Below are positions 1 through 11,539 of a DNA stretch of 44,377 nucleotides, piece by piece. The DNA is from Octopus bimaculoides. Taxonomy: Eukaryota. The stretch lies in NCBI RefSeq assembly GCF_001194135.2, contig NC_068998.1:33664692-33709068 (forward strand), given 5' to 3'. Position numbers and translations under genes: made by a program. The first letter of the stretch is position 1, and each line of letters begins with the position of its first letter. The notes below the pieces were generated by a model. That model made no database searches. It was given only the letters and a program-made list of their open reading frames with translations, and was not told where the DNA came from.

Positions 1-18
1 ATATACATATATATATAT

Positions 19-300
19 TTAGTTCAAGTTTACAGAAAACAAAAGACGAAGACAGGTGAGGGAACAACAAGCAGGTGTATTTGTTTGATGCTTGGGAAGA
101 ATGGAAAAGCCTCCACTCTTCAACAGAAAGGATTGGGAAGGAAAACATGCAGAGATATAAACAAATAATAACAGATGAATTGCGATTCATTGCAACTGTT
201 TTAGACGTGTTTTTTGTTTTTGCATTGATGAACAGAAGTGTTACATCATGTGAAAAACAAAACAAAACAAACATAAAAGTTTTCATCAGATGAATATAGG
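19..300 (-). mobile_element. Probable Penelope-like element pseudo-LTR remnant abutting a (TA)n tract
   Basis: Starts directly after (TA)n. Reverse complement of 108-126 reads CTGTTGA-A-GAGT-GGAG-GCT, a hammerhead-like first core plus helix II; the GAAA half is missing. Family recognised from memory only. Confidence 0.4.
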
Positions 301-450
301 TAAGAATCAAATATTTAGAACTTCTTGTGCCATATGACATTACCAAACCATGATATAACACTTACGTTCATCAATAAAAAACACATCTGAAACAGCTGTA
401 GTGAACTTCAATCCACCTGTTGTTATTTGTTTATCCTTCACCTAACTCAG

Positions 451-503
451 AGCCTGCAATTCGTTTGGATCCAGAGTCTATAGATGGTAGTGCAATCAAT
501 GCA
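451..503 (+). CDS. Candidate isolated coding exon (53 nt), frame (E)PAIRLDPESIDGSAINA, product unknown
   Basis: Pyrimidine-rich acceptor ttgtttatccttcacctaactcAG ends at 450 and a strong donor GCA|GTGAGT starts at 504; one open frame. No homology recognised. Confidence 0.3.
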
Positions 504-719
504 GTGAGTATACCCATGTGTAACCTTGATGACTCATGTATTCAGTCAGCCATTTATGAATGTTTGCATAACTGGAGAGCAAATCCATATTTATTTTAGG
601 AAGTATATATCTGTCCTTAAATATTGTTTGTACACGATACAACTATCACTGACCTGACCTTGATGCTTTCATTATTCATGTACTTGATTCTCTTGAATCC
701 TGGAAATTTATACACATGC

Positions 720-720
<1 letters not shown>

Positions 721-759
<39 letters not shown>
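721..759. repeat. (CA)n microsatellite
   Basis: Directly visible dinucleotide run. Confidence 0.95.
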
Positions 760-760
<1 letters not shown>

Positions 761-984
761 ATCGTCACTAAGGTGACTAAGGGTGCAAGTCAGCATTGGT
801 AGAAATAAGAGTCAAAACAACTTTTAGCTACAGGCAAAGTACTTATCTATTGATTGACAAAGGAGACAAACTACCTACAGCAAGTGAGAGCACCAGTTCA
901 TCAATGATTTTGAATTGAATTAATCGTCATCAGTGACACTTATTCCATTGCCTAGGGTCAAGGTGAACTCGTCTTATCAGTTTA

Positions 985-1445
985 CTCTCTTTTACTCTTT
1001 ACTCTTTTATTTGTTTCAGTCATTTGACTGCATCCATGCTGGAGCACCGCCTTTAGTCGAGCAAATCGACCCCAGGACTTATTCTTTGGAAGCCTAGTAC
1101 TTATTCTATCGGTCTCTTTTTCCAAACCGCTAAGTTATGGGGACATCAACACACCAGCATTGGTTGTCAAGCGATGTTGGGGGGACAAACACAGACACAC
1201 AGGCATATACACACACATACATATACATATATACGACGGGCTTCTTTCAGTTTCCGTATACCAAATCCACTCACAAGGCTTTGGTCGGCCCGNNNNNNNN
1301 NNAGTTTCCGTATACCAAATCCACTCACAAGGCTTTGGTCGGCCCGAGGCTATAGTAGAAGACACTTGCCCAAGGTGCCACACAGTGGGACTGAACCCGG
1401 AACCATGTGGTTGGTAAGCAAGCTACTTACCACACAGCCACTCAT
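985..1445 (-). mobile_element. tRNA-derived SINE, near full length (octopus-type family)
   Basis: Reverse complement closely matches the + copy at 15644-16043: A-box TGGCTGTGTGG, B-box GGTTCAGTCC, ccttgggcaagtgtcttct core, internal TA/CA tract and (AAAAGAGT)n tail. Confidence 0.88.
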
Positions 1446-1559
1446 CATAGTGGCTGATTCAGTAAAATGATAAAGTGAAAATTAGAAATAATTAAGGTAG
1501 CTAGTCACAATTTAAAAACCACAAGACACAAGTATAATCGTCACTAAAGTGTCTAAGGG

Positions 1560-1761
1560 CACAATAATGGGGTGGCGATTCATGTAAAAACAACAAAATA
1601 TTGGGTTCATTAGGTTAAGTTATAATTGTGAAATACAGTTGCTTTGAATTTGCTTTAGAAAGAGGCCTATGTTTGTGATGGATAATTGAGGTGGGAGGCG
1701 GGCTAGGAATGTGGCCTGAGTGTCAAAGGGGCAGCAGCCCCAAAATGTTTGAGAACCAGTG
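1560..1761. mobile_element. hAT/Charlie-like MITE remnant, one terminus visible
   Basis: 1749-1761 reverse complement is CACTGGTTCTCAA, one mismatch from the hAT terminal motif CAGTGGTTCTCAA; partner terminus not found. Confidence 0.4.
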
Positions 1762-1801
1762 ATTTAGTTGATGGTGTGTATTTAATTATCTTCAAATACA
1801 G

Positions 1802-1878
1802 ATCCCAATATTTCGCTCTGTTTTACCTTTATGATACACCTGTCCTTTGTGCATTAAATTTATCTGAGAAACAATTCA
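1802..1878 (+). CDS. Weak candidate exon (77 nt), frame SQYFALFYLYDTPVLCALNLSEKQF, product unknown
   Basis: AG at 1800-1801, GTAACT at 1879, one open frame. Splice phase does not join directly to 451-503. Confidence 0.15.
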
Positions 1879-3104
1879 GTAACTAGCACAATTATTCTCT
1901 ATTATATTTCTGCTGTATACTCAGGGAATATAATAATTCATTTTCTATGCTGATGTTTAAACAAAATCTTAATAATTTTATATCTTGTTGAATTCTCCTG
2001 CAATTAGATTCACTTTGAGACAAAAATTATGAAACATATTTGGTTAAGAACCTTTTGTTCAATTGTGCTCAAAAAATCTCATTAATATGTTGATAAATAA
2101 AAATGTTAGAGATGTTTTATTAAACCAGTCTAAATTCACAATTATTTTAGAATTTAACTGGAACATGTAAGTGGTGTATTTTGGTTAGAAATATAGCAAT
2201 GAAAGGGTTAAATACTTGTGTGTTATTATCTTCCATAGTGTCTCATGAAGAACAGTGTTGAATAATTTCTTAAACAGACTAAATATATAAGAAGAAAGGT
2301 CATTAGAAGTTTCTCAAGTTAGTAAAATGGTCATCTGGTAAAAAAAAAAATTATAAACCTCATAAAGGAGAACAATATTTGTTCATATTAACCTAATGTT
2401 CTGTGATTAAAAAAAAAGCTAGTAACTTTGTTTTTGTTCTATTTTCATTTGATTCAAAAGAAAACAGAACAAAAAGCTAAAAAGAAAAAAAAATCTGGTT
2501 TTGGAAAAATACTTAAAACAATGATACATAATAGATTTTCTTCTTGCTGCTCAAAAAGTATACATTTCTTATATGTATTTCTGAGCTTATTAGGTTCTAC
2601 ATGAGGCACTAAGTGGGTATATTAAAACTCTTATGGATATTATTTCTAAGGAATTTCATTAGAAATAAAACATCATAAAATTATGAATTACTTTCTAGTC
2701 AAAACTATTAAGTGCAAAAGATTCTGACAGAAATTTATAGCTGATTTTTTAAAAAGATTTCAAACAGAGTTATCTAAATAAATGTTACAATATGGGTAAG
2801 CATTTAAAATAAATTTGTTATGGAAATTTTCATCAAGGAGATTTCTAATACAAAAGTGTCTTAGTTAGAAAGCAATAGTGCTTATCTTATAAAATACAGT
2901 AATATAATTTTACTTTTCCTTGTTTTCTATAACAAGCTTTATTTTCTCAAATGTTATTAATGTATTGCTATACTGTACATCAAATATTTTCTCCATGCCA
3001 CTAAGTGTTTCAAGTGCAGAAAATCATTTTCTTTGTTCTTTTATTTAACATAAATTTTGATCTGAATTTTGCAGAGTGCAACCATGAAACATACTTTCTC
3101 TCTG

Positions 3105-3144
3105 TCTGTCTGTTTCTATCTCTGTCTCACTCTCTCTCTCTTTC

Positions 3145-3202
<58 letters not shown>

Positions 3203-3214
3203 CATATATATATG

Positions 3215-3260
<46 letters not shown>

Positions 3261-3290
3261 CACACATACATATGTATGTGTGTGTGTATT
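3105..3290. repeat. Compound (TC)n-(TG)n-(TA)n microsatellite
   Basis: Directly visible; source of the YIYI-type spurious ORFs. Confidence 0.95.
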
Positions 3291-3600
3291 GTAGGCACTG
3301 GTGTGGATGTCTGGTTAAAAAGCTTGCTTAACAACTATATAGTATCAAGTTCAGTTGCATTTCACTGAACCTTGAGCAAGAGTGATTTACTACATAGCCA
3401 GGCTAACCAAAGCCTTGAAAGTGCATTTGGTTAATGGAAACTAGAAGCCCTGCCCAGGATGTATATGTGTATGTATGTATGTCTATGTTGATACCTTTGT
3501 TTTGACATTATCTGATGGTTTTTCAAAGGGCATCACCACCATATAAGTGAAAATATTTCAGCCTTCAGTGATTACTGACATTCAGCAAAGTTTAGGGAGG
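3291..3600 (+). mobile_element. Old degenerate copy of the tRNA-derived SINE
   Basis: ggtgtggatgtctggttaaaaagcttgctt...accttgagcaag...ccaaagccttgaaagtgcatttggtt aligns with the 15644 copy. Confidence 0.6.
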
Positions 3601-4544
3601 CCTTTCTGGAGTATTGCACTTATATCCTGGGTCTCTTAAAAAAAGGGACTCTTTATTGATTCACTCTGAGGCTTCTTCCAGCTTTTAGCACAAGGCACAG
3701 TATCTCCTCTCTTTGTCTTTTCTATCTTACTATAATATGGTCTTTGTTCCTTAGAACCTCAGACCTAGCTGGCTTTTATACTTCCCCAAGAGAGCTACAG
3801 AGTGCAAATATTTTGAAAAGTACAATTTCAGACAATTTTTTTTACAGAATGTTAATTTCAATTGGTTCAAGCACAGGAATGCTAAAAAATAAATAAATAA
3901 TCCATTCCTGAAACAAATGAGTGGTGGGGGTTTCTCCCAAAATTCTGAAGTTGGGGACAAAATTGTGGAAAAAATGGACTTTTGGAAAAAAAGTAGAAGT
4001 AAAAAATAGGGAATGTATAAATCATGTTTACTACTGAGGTGGAACTGTAGTGGTTGCAAACATAGAATTCCATATTTTCTATTGACTCTGATACATTATT
4101 ACATCATATAAGTAATATGATTTTTTAATAATGTTTTTAATGAAACACTTCTAAGCTACCTAAATGGGTTTTTTTGTGTAATACTCTTTTTTAAGATGAA
4201 AGTATTGTTGTGTTATATACAGTATTACCTCTAAATATTTTTTTTTAATGTTGTTTATAATGAAATACTTACACATTACTCAAATATTTTATTTTTCACT
4301 AATTGTAATTCAAGTTGCTTTTAAAATGAATATATTTTTCTCCTTGAAGTAAATATTTCCTTTTCATTTTAGAACTTCAGGTACACTTCAGTGTTTACTT
4401 GATATATTGTTGTACTTGTTACACACTTTTTCTTCATGTATTTTTATATTTTATATTGTAAGTAAGTTAAAATGTTTATACATTCCTTATTTTTCAAAAT
4501 ACACTGTAATTCTATGACATTAAGAACTTTGCTTCACATGGTTC

Positions 4545-4645
4545 TTGGTTCACTCCCACTGTGTGGCAAGTGCTTTCTACTGTTGTCTCAGGCTGAACAA
4601 AGCCTTGTGAATGGATTTAATAGACAAACTATAAGAAGCCTGTTG

Positions 4646-4682
<37 letters not shown>

Positions 4683-4885
4683 AAACATGTGTCTATGTTT
4701 GTCCCTTTCACTGCTTGACAACCAGAATCAGTGTGTTTATGTCCCAATAACTTAGCAGTTCAGCAAAATAGTATGACAGAACAAGTACCAGGCTTAAAAA
4801 ATGAGTACTGGGGTCGATTTAATTCTTCAAGGCAGTGCCCCAGCATGATCACAGTATAACGACTGGAACAAGTAAAAGGAAAAGA
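4545..4885 (+). mobile_element. 5'-eroded tRNA-derived SINE with internal (TG)n
   Basis: ggttcactcccactgtgtggcaagtg...aaagccttgtgaatggattt...ggggtcgattt...ccagcatg...aacaagtaaaag colinear with the 15644 copy. Confidence 0.7.
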
Positions 4886-5937
4886 AATGCATTTATGCAT
4901 CACTGTACATACACACAAATACCTCACACACACACACACACTCTTTACAACTCTATTCAATAATGAATAATATTTTATTTATCTTTTTGCAATATACATT
5001 AATAGAAAACAATGTTGGCCCTAGATTAATACTTTACTAGAGGAAGTGAAAAAATGGGTGAGAAGCAGAACCATACTAACTGGTAAACAACAGGAGATTG
5101 ACAGAAACACATAGAAATGACACACTGGAGAAAAATTTAGTGAAATATGGCACTAAATATTTACATTCTAGTAATTTTATGGGAGGTGATACACTTTGTA
5201 GAGCAAGAGGTAAATAGCCATTCCCACTGAAATGTGGATATTCTGTTACCTCTTGGTATTAATACTGCATCTGTTGCTTGTGTACCTGAAATGTAGTCTG
5301 GTTTAGAATACATTGATATTACACTTCAAGAATAGAAACTGAAATGAACAATCAATTGTTTGGAGGCAATTGTACCACAATAGCTAATAAATTTTTGTGA
5401 GTTATCTAAAATTTAACCTTCATTAGATGTCAAATCAGCTGAATAACAAAGTTTCTCAGATTTCTATTGTAAGGTAATGTCGTTGAGACTGATTTCACCC
5501 AACGTTATAATATCTGAGATAAGATAAAAGTGAAAATAAAAACTGTTGTCCTAGAATTGAATTAATTAAATAATTTGTTGTATGTGTCAACACTTAGCTT
5601 ATATCAATTTCTGTTTGTACATCATGGCTGTCTTATAAGGTAATACATTTTCCAGAATAGAATTTTAGAGAATGAGCTTGGAGTAACATATGTGTTGAGC
5701 AGATATCTCATCAGAACTTTTACACAAAATATTATGTTTCTGATTGTATGTTAACTGTTTTCCTTTATATAATAATTAAAGTTTATCCCAGATATGTATT
5801 TTTGTTGAAGTTGTCACTCTGTATACAATTCCAACCAAAAACGCAATCTCAAGTTTAATCAAACCCAAGGTTAGATAAAAAAAAAATGATGCAAACACAA
5901 ATGAGAAACAAAAGGAAATAATTAAGCTTCTCTTTTA

Positions 5938-6040
5938 CAATCGTCACTGACTAAAAGCAATATCAGCTGTGGGTGTAGTCAATTACATTGACTGACGCTT
6001 ATTTTATTAACCCCTAAAAGAAATGGAAAATAAAATTAAT
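5938..6040 (+). mobile_element. SINE 3' fragment
   Basis: aatcgtcactgactaaaagc...gtagtcaattacattgac...ttattttattaacccctaaaag resembles the reverse complement of the gtcgactttgcctttcatcc SINE segment at 16.8-18.3 kb; strand uncertain. Confidence 0.35.
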
Positions 6041-7139
6041 CTGAGAACAAAGAACAATGGAAATAATGTTACATTTAGTCCTGTGTTTTATCATTTGGTC
6101 ATTCCATGGAATTTCATATAAAAGAAATTTTCAGGATTAAGAAAAAACACTTGTTCCTTTCTTCTAGTTTCTTCCCTCACAACATTAAATTCTCATAAAC
6201 TTCCACAAATATCTATTATCTTCAATGTAATGAGAAAAATTCAAACCTATTGCTGCCTGAATAAGAAACTATAACATTCAAGCAAAGTGGTCTCCAATTC
6301 TTAACTGACTATTAAAAGCAATTTCACAGACTCCACTCAACCTGATTATATTTGGCACAGCTTTTGTCTCGTCTCACCTTCATGGCAGCATGGTAAAATC
6401 AATGTGTGAGTTTCCCAAACATACAACAAAAGATGCCATAAATGAAATATTCTTAGAATATTATCTTGCTATGCCATATGTTCAGGTTTTATGAAAAGAA
6501 ATCTAAGTTAAAGAAACATAATAAGAACATTATGGAAATATTATGAAAAACTTATGAAAATAGGGTGCATCACAATAAAACAAATGTAACTAGTGAATCA
6601 ATAGATGTGGAGCCATTCTACAGCTTAATGGCATTCAATAGATCTACACTGTGAACATTGCAATTGTGTATTTATAATGAACAATTCTATTGGAGTCAAT
6701 GAGCTCCAACTATATTCAGCTGATTGATAGAGTTTATAAACATATTGAAAGAAATGTATAGACAAAGATCACTTGGATTCCTTCTGATAGTCATGCAAGA
6801 TGTACCAAAATTAGAATTGAGGATCTCAGCACAAAGTCTCCTGACAGAACGTACTAAGGACAAAGCATGATACATTTCGTTAAAATTGCAACACCTGATG
6901 CAAACTTTCTGCAATGTGAATCTATTCTCACTATTTATTCAAAGTTGTTTAATATTTTAATTAATTTGAAATTTTCATTTTGTGCTTTACTGAAATTAAA
7001 ACAGATTCTTTCTCCATTTGCAATTGAGGTTTTGTGTTAATTTTTAAATCACTTACCATAAACCTTAAATGATTGACCAATTAATGCAACTCTGATATTT
7101 TGGGGTATGTAAAATAATTAGTATTGATCTGGAGTGGGC

Positions 7140-7663
7140 ATGACTTTTGGGGTGAGAGGTTTGCTATTCACCTATCATGCACTCAGTACATCATGATTCA
7201 CCTATTGCACACTACATCGCACAGTACTTTGCGGATTTTTCTGGCTAATATATGTAAAGTTATATTCTGGACTCCACAGTACATTGCGGGTTTCTGCGAC
7301 TGGTAGATATTTATATTCTTTTAAAATTTTAATTATGTCTGTGGTAAAATAGGCATTTTCACGTCTAAAAATTAATAAATGAAATAGTGTACAGTACTGC
7401 ACTGTATAACTCATTAATTAAAACATATCAAAAGAAAATATGTAGTGTACCATAGATGAGTAAACAAAAGGCTCACACATACTGTATGGAAACTAAAACC
7501 TGGGAGGTGACTATGTCGTATTATTTTGCATTTATAATAAAGTAGATATATGAAAATTATAAAAATAATAAAAAATATATACAGTACTATTTTTACTTCA
7601 TGGATTTTCAATTATCACAGGCGGTTTTGGAACGTAGCACCCATGATAGTCGAAGGAATACTG
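7140..7663. mobile_element. pogo/Tigger-like non-autonomous DNA transposon remnant
   Basis: Right end reverse complement TA|CAGTATTCCTTCGACTATC...CGTTCCAAAACCGCC is Tigger-like with a TA flank. Subterminal repeats attcacctat (x2) and cacagtacwttgcggrtt (x2) present; left TIR not found. Confidence 0.45.
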
Positions 7664-8171
7664 TAGTTCTGGACATATCAATTTTTGGATTAGTTTGATA
7701 ACTTTTCTTTCGTTAGCAAAACATACTGAGCGAAATAAATGAAACTATTTATACATGCCCACAGAAAAGCACATTCAAAATGCGAGTATATACAAACATT
7801 CACAAATATATATGCATTGAATTTCGTAATCCACCTCAAAACATGAATTTGGTCAGACTAGTACAGATGTAAATAAACTCCCGAAGTGAATGAGCTACAT
7901 CTAAAGATAATTAAAGGATGAAATCATTTAAATTAATGAACTTTATCAGTGACCAGCATATAAAAAATAACCTTTTAGATAAAATTCATATGTAGAGATG
8001 TATGATTGTATAGAATGCAATTATAATTAAAGTCACAGAAGCCACCATGCCTATATGCTAGAGATAGACGTCAAATACGTCCAGCCACTCTAAATTTTCA
8101 CTTTACAATATACACAGGTTGAAAGCAGGAAAAGTTGACTAACCAAAATTTCATACAATAATTAAAATAGT

Positions 8172-8222
8172 TCTGGATTGATCAATTTCTGGACAGTTTA
8201 ATAACTTTTCTTTCATCAGCAA
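8172..8222 (-). ncRNA. Minimal type I hammerhead ribozyme motif with perfectly palindromic helix III
   Basis: Minus strand UUG-CUGAUGA-aagaaaaguuauuaaacugucca-GAAA-UUGAUCAA-U-C-CAGA. Core intact; A15.1 to U16.1 spans the palindrome ATTGATCAAT (8177-8186); predicted cleavage after AUC. Confidence 0.65.
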
Positions 8223-8364
8223 TTCATTGGTGGACTACGAAATTTAATGTGAATATATTTGTGAATAGTGCATATATATTTGTGAATATTTGTATGTACT
8301 CACATTTTGCGTATGGTTTTCTGTGGGTATGTATAAATATTTTTATTTATTTCACTACATATTT

Positions 8365-8416
8365 TTTGCTGATGAAGGAAAAGCTATTAAACTGTCCAGA
8401 AATTGATTAATCCAGA
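8365..8416 (+). ncRNA. Minimal type I hammerhead ribozyme motif (inverted partner copy)
   Basis: UUUG-CUGAUGA(8369-8375)-aGGA...UCCa-GAAA(8399-8402)-UUGAUUAA-U-C(8412)-CAGA. Helix I is UUUG/CAGA, helix II is GGA/UCC. Confidence 0.7.
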
Positions 8417-8640
8417 TCTATCTGAATTATTTTATAAATTCTTAGTTGGTTCCCCACTTTCAACCTGTGTATATTGTGAAATGAAAATTTAGAGTTGTTG
8501 AATGTATTTGATGTCTATTTCTACCATATATGAATGGTGGCTTCTATGCCCTTAATTATAATTGTATTCTATTCAATTATATATCTCTATATATGAATTT
8601 TACCCAAAAGGTTATTTTTTATATGCTGGCCACTGATAAA

Positions 8641-8880
8641 TCGTTGCATGTGTGTGTATAATGACTAACGCATACATTACCACAATTCTCAACCGATTTT
8701 CACCAAACTTTACTCATACATTACTTATGTCCGAAGGATGGTCATGCACTAAACATTTTCCCAGAGCTCCCGCGTAAATAGACATAGTTATTTTATGTAG
8801 GTCTTCCATACATTTTTAATCTTTTTATAAAAGTGAAAGGATTTTGCCTATTTATCTATTTTGTCTCTCCACCTGCCACG
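8641..8880. mobile_element. Possible Helentron/HINE-like non-autonomous fragment
   Basis: ctcaaccgattttcaccaaacttt resembles the core of DINE/HINE-type elements; termini not identified. Confidence 0.3.
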
Positions 8881-9204
8881 GTTATTAAATTGACTAGGAA
8901 CACTGTACACGATGAATATCCAATACCAAACAATCCTAATCTCCATATTTAAACTGCATGAAACTTTGGCAAGCTTACCATTACCTATTCTGAGTTATTT
9001 GAAAGGGGATATCCCCTTCCCTCTCTTGTATTTGTTGATACCTTTGTTTACCTACCAATGCATTGTTTCACTTTTTGGATGTTTATTTATCCATTATGAT
9101 ATTTCGACTGTTGTCCATTGTTTCAAATACATTTTAGCAATGTCGTTCAAGCCTTTTTTAAACAATCACATATGATTCATCCCAAAGAATTAACCTTTAA
9201 ATAA

Positions 9205-9420
9205 GAGTTTTGGGCGGAGTTATGATGTAAACACCTGCTAAAACTCCTCATAACTTTTTTATTTTTATGAATTTTTACAAATTTTTTTCGATTCTGTCTT
9301 CTACATAATGGAATTAATACGATTAGGCAAAAAAATTTCTAATTCTTCCCCCACCATTTTTTTAAAATTTGGGAATTTAAAATACAAACTGTTCGAGTCT
9401 AACATTCGTTTCTCTTTAAA
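9205..9420. repeat. Dispersed repeat, inverted partner of 11540-11770 (probable DNA-transposon subterminal region)
   Basis: Reverse complement aligns with 11540-11770 through cattatgyagaaracagaatcgaaaaa...ttgtaaa...aaaataaa...agttatgagg...tagca...ttacatcataactc. Confidence 0.7.
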
Positions 9421-9752
9421 ATTTCCAAATAATTTTTCGGTACTTTTATGGAAAAAGGCAATTGACGGTCTTCACTCATTTTCACATAATCCTGGACTTT
9501 TTCACATAATCCTATGAGATGCCAGTGACATGCTGCATGTCCATCAACAATATTAGTAGACAGACAGCCATACAGTTGTACGTCATATAGTCCAAGTAGA
9601 TGAAAGCCTTCTTTTTAAGAGGAAAGATGAAGTTGGAAGAGTGATGAAGAAGTTTTGGATATTTGTAATCATCGTAACCGACGGTGTGCCAGTCTTTTAT
9701 GTGTGTATGTGCGTGTATAAAGGTATAATTAAAACCATACGTATAGACCCAC

Positions 9753-9788
<36 letters not shown>

Positions 9789-10260
9789 NNNNNNNNNNNN
9801 NNNNNNNNNNNNNNNNNNNNNNNNNNNNNNNNNNNNNNNNNNNNNNNNNNNNNNNNNNNNNNNNNNNNNNNNNNNNNNNNNNNNNNNNNNNNNNNNNNNN
9901 NNNNNNNNNNNNNNTTAATGTCTTATGTTTAAGATGATTCCCATGCTTTCCCTGATGAGAAGGTTACAATTTTAATATCAAAGATCCCTATGGATCACAC
10001 AGGTTGTAATCCTTTGAAACATATGTAGGAATAAAGTATGCAATTATAGCATTCGTTTTCTCCAATCCTTAAATTCTTAAATATACTCAAATACCCAAAA
10101 TTTCAAGGAGTTCCTGCCTTAAAAACAGGAGCTAACCACAGTTATTTTGTGTTCTTTGCTACATTGGTTTCTATTAACCCATTTATTCTATCAGAAGAAT
10201 TTTTATTCATTAAGATAGAAGAAATACACATAATTATATATATATATATATGAGTGTAGG

Positions 10261-10337
10261 ACAAAAGCCCCATAGTTAAAGTGTGAAAGTGAACAAAAGC
10301 CCCATAGTTAAAGTGTGAAAGTGAACAAAAGCCCCAT
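10261..10337. repeat. Perfect 32-bp tandem duplication (2.4 copies)
   Basis: acaaaagccccatagttaaagtgtgaaagtga starts at 10261 and 10293, with a partial copy at 10325. Confidence 0.95.
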
Positions 10338-10379
10338 GGCTATATTTTTCGATTAATTTTTTTGTTTTTTCCACCTTTT

Positions 10380-10730
10380 AGTTGTTTCGGTTATTAGACT
10401 GCAGCCATGCTAGGGCACCACCTTAAAGAATTTTTTGTTGAATGTATCGATGCCAGAATTTTTTTTATTTTTACTTTTTATTAATCAGACTGCGGTCATA
10501 CTGGGGCACTTCCTTGAAGAAATTTTAGTCGAATGTAATGATCCCAGAATTTTTTTAAATGATTTTCAACCAGTGTATGAAGTTAGGCCTGGAAAGTATC
10601 CCCACATGTTACAAATAACTGCCAAATCTCTTGAATTTTTTTTATAATGCTCTCAGTTTTTATTTTCTAAAATTTTTTTTACTTGTTTCAGTCATCGGAC
10701 TGCGGCCATGCTGGGGCACCAGCTTGAAGA
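10380..10730 (-). mobile_element. Three separate SINE 3'-end fragments in the same orientation
   Basis: gactgcrgycatrctrgggcac at about 10397, 10487 and 10698 is the reverse complement of the SINE tail gtgctccagcatggccgcagtc (15999-16019). Confidence 0.65.
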
Positions 10731-10859
10731 ATGTTTGGTCGCAGAAAAATCAGCTTTTTAAATATATATTTAAAGTCTTTTGTTTTTTCTCCCACCACTT
10801 ACAGATCAATGAGAATAAGTTGACCTTTTGAACTTTCTCCGCCCATTGAAAGTCTTACA

Positions 10860-11480
10860 GAAGACTAGTCATTCAAACGTATTTCTTATTGTTTGCCTAA
10901 ATAGGGAGATGGGTGTTTCTCCATGAAAATGACAAATTCTGGTTTTTATGAAGAAAAACCATGTCAAAGACATGTGTGATATTTACTTTCATTTTATGTC
11001 TGTACATATAATCATTCAAACGTACTTCTTATTGTTTTTTATGTTTCTACACATTTCTTGAAATAAAATGCTTTTCCTTTTGTTAGAATTTAGACAATAT
11101 GTACATTGAGAAGAAAAGAGTTTTGTATTATGTTACTCTATTGTTGATGTTAAGATTCATTCATTTTCATTTTCAAACTTTAAAATTATTTAAAAAATGA
11201 GGAAAGTAATTGAAACACACAGAACATAAACGTTTTGAAGGACATAGATGTTTTGACACCGTTTTTCAATTGAATATATTTTGTTTACTTAAAAATTGGA
11301 ATTTTGGAAAATAATATTTTGTTTTACAACTGCAAATTTTGAAATTTTGAAGCTGCGATTTTTGCCTTTTTTTTTTTTCAGAATCGAAATCTCCATAGCC
11401 AAAAACGTGGATTTCCATTAAAAAAAAAATTGTAAAAAGTAGGGGAGAGGTTGGGTTACAACTCTGGCATGTGCGCCTCC
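10860..11480. mobile_element. Possible non-autonomous DNA transposon ending at TTAA (Kolobok/piggyBac-type target)
   Basis: GC-rich terminus ggcatgtgcgcctcc|TTAA at 11480; reverse complement TTAA|GGAGGCG fits Kolobok 5'-RR ends. A 26-bp internal direct repeat lies at about 10869 and 11012; second end not found. Confidence 0.3.
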
Positions 11481-11539
11481 TTAATTTGTAACTACTGTTT
11501 CTGGCACACATATTTACGCAATTTTGATTTTGAAATATT

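Larger units (their letters stand above)
7664..8640. mobile_element. Cluster of three partial copies of one Penelope-type pseudo-LTR in tandem plus inverted arrangement
   Basis: 7942-8222 is the reverse complement of 8366-8640 (about 280 bp, clearly alignable). About 7665-7835 is the reverse complement of about 8228-8415. Hammerhead motifs lie at the matching end. Confidence 0.7.

Noticed and set aside
1249-1346. Exact about 44-bp direct repeat on both sides of a 10-N gap
   Set aside because: Typical unmerged contig overlap; assembly artefact inside a SINE.
2594-2800. Protein-like frame VLHEALSGYIKTLMDIISKEFH after an AG
   Set aside because: Stops in all frames before the next donor and no recognisable homology.
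3005-3368. ORFs rich in YIYI/VCVC/THTH here and at 22.4, 25.1, 27.8, 28.9, 31.3, 35.2, 41.0 and 42.4 kb
   Set aside because: Translations of dinucleotide microsatellites and N-runs, which lack stop codons.
4363-5474. Possible microexons AACTTCAG (about 4373) and ATTTCTATTGTAAG (about 5461), plus short open frames at 5040-5082 and 5250-5300
   Set aside because: AG...GT pairs of this quality are expected by chance in AT-rich DNA; lengths are not frame-preserving or support is absent.
6570-6930. Stop-poor segment faintly resembling a LINE C-terminus
   Set aside because: No motif matched well enough to assign.
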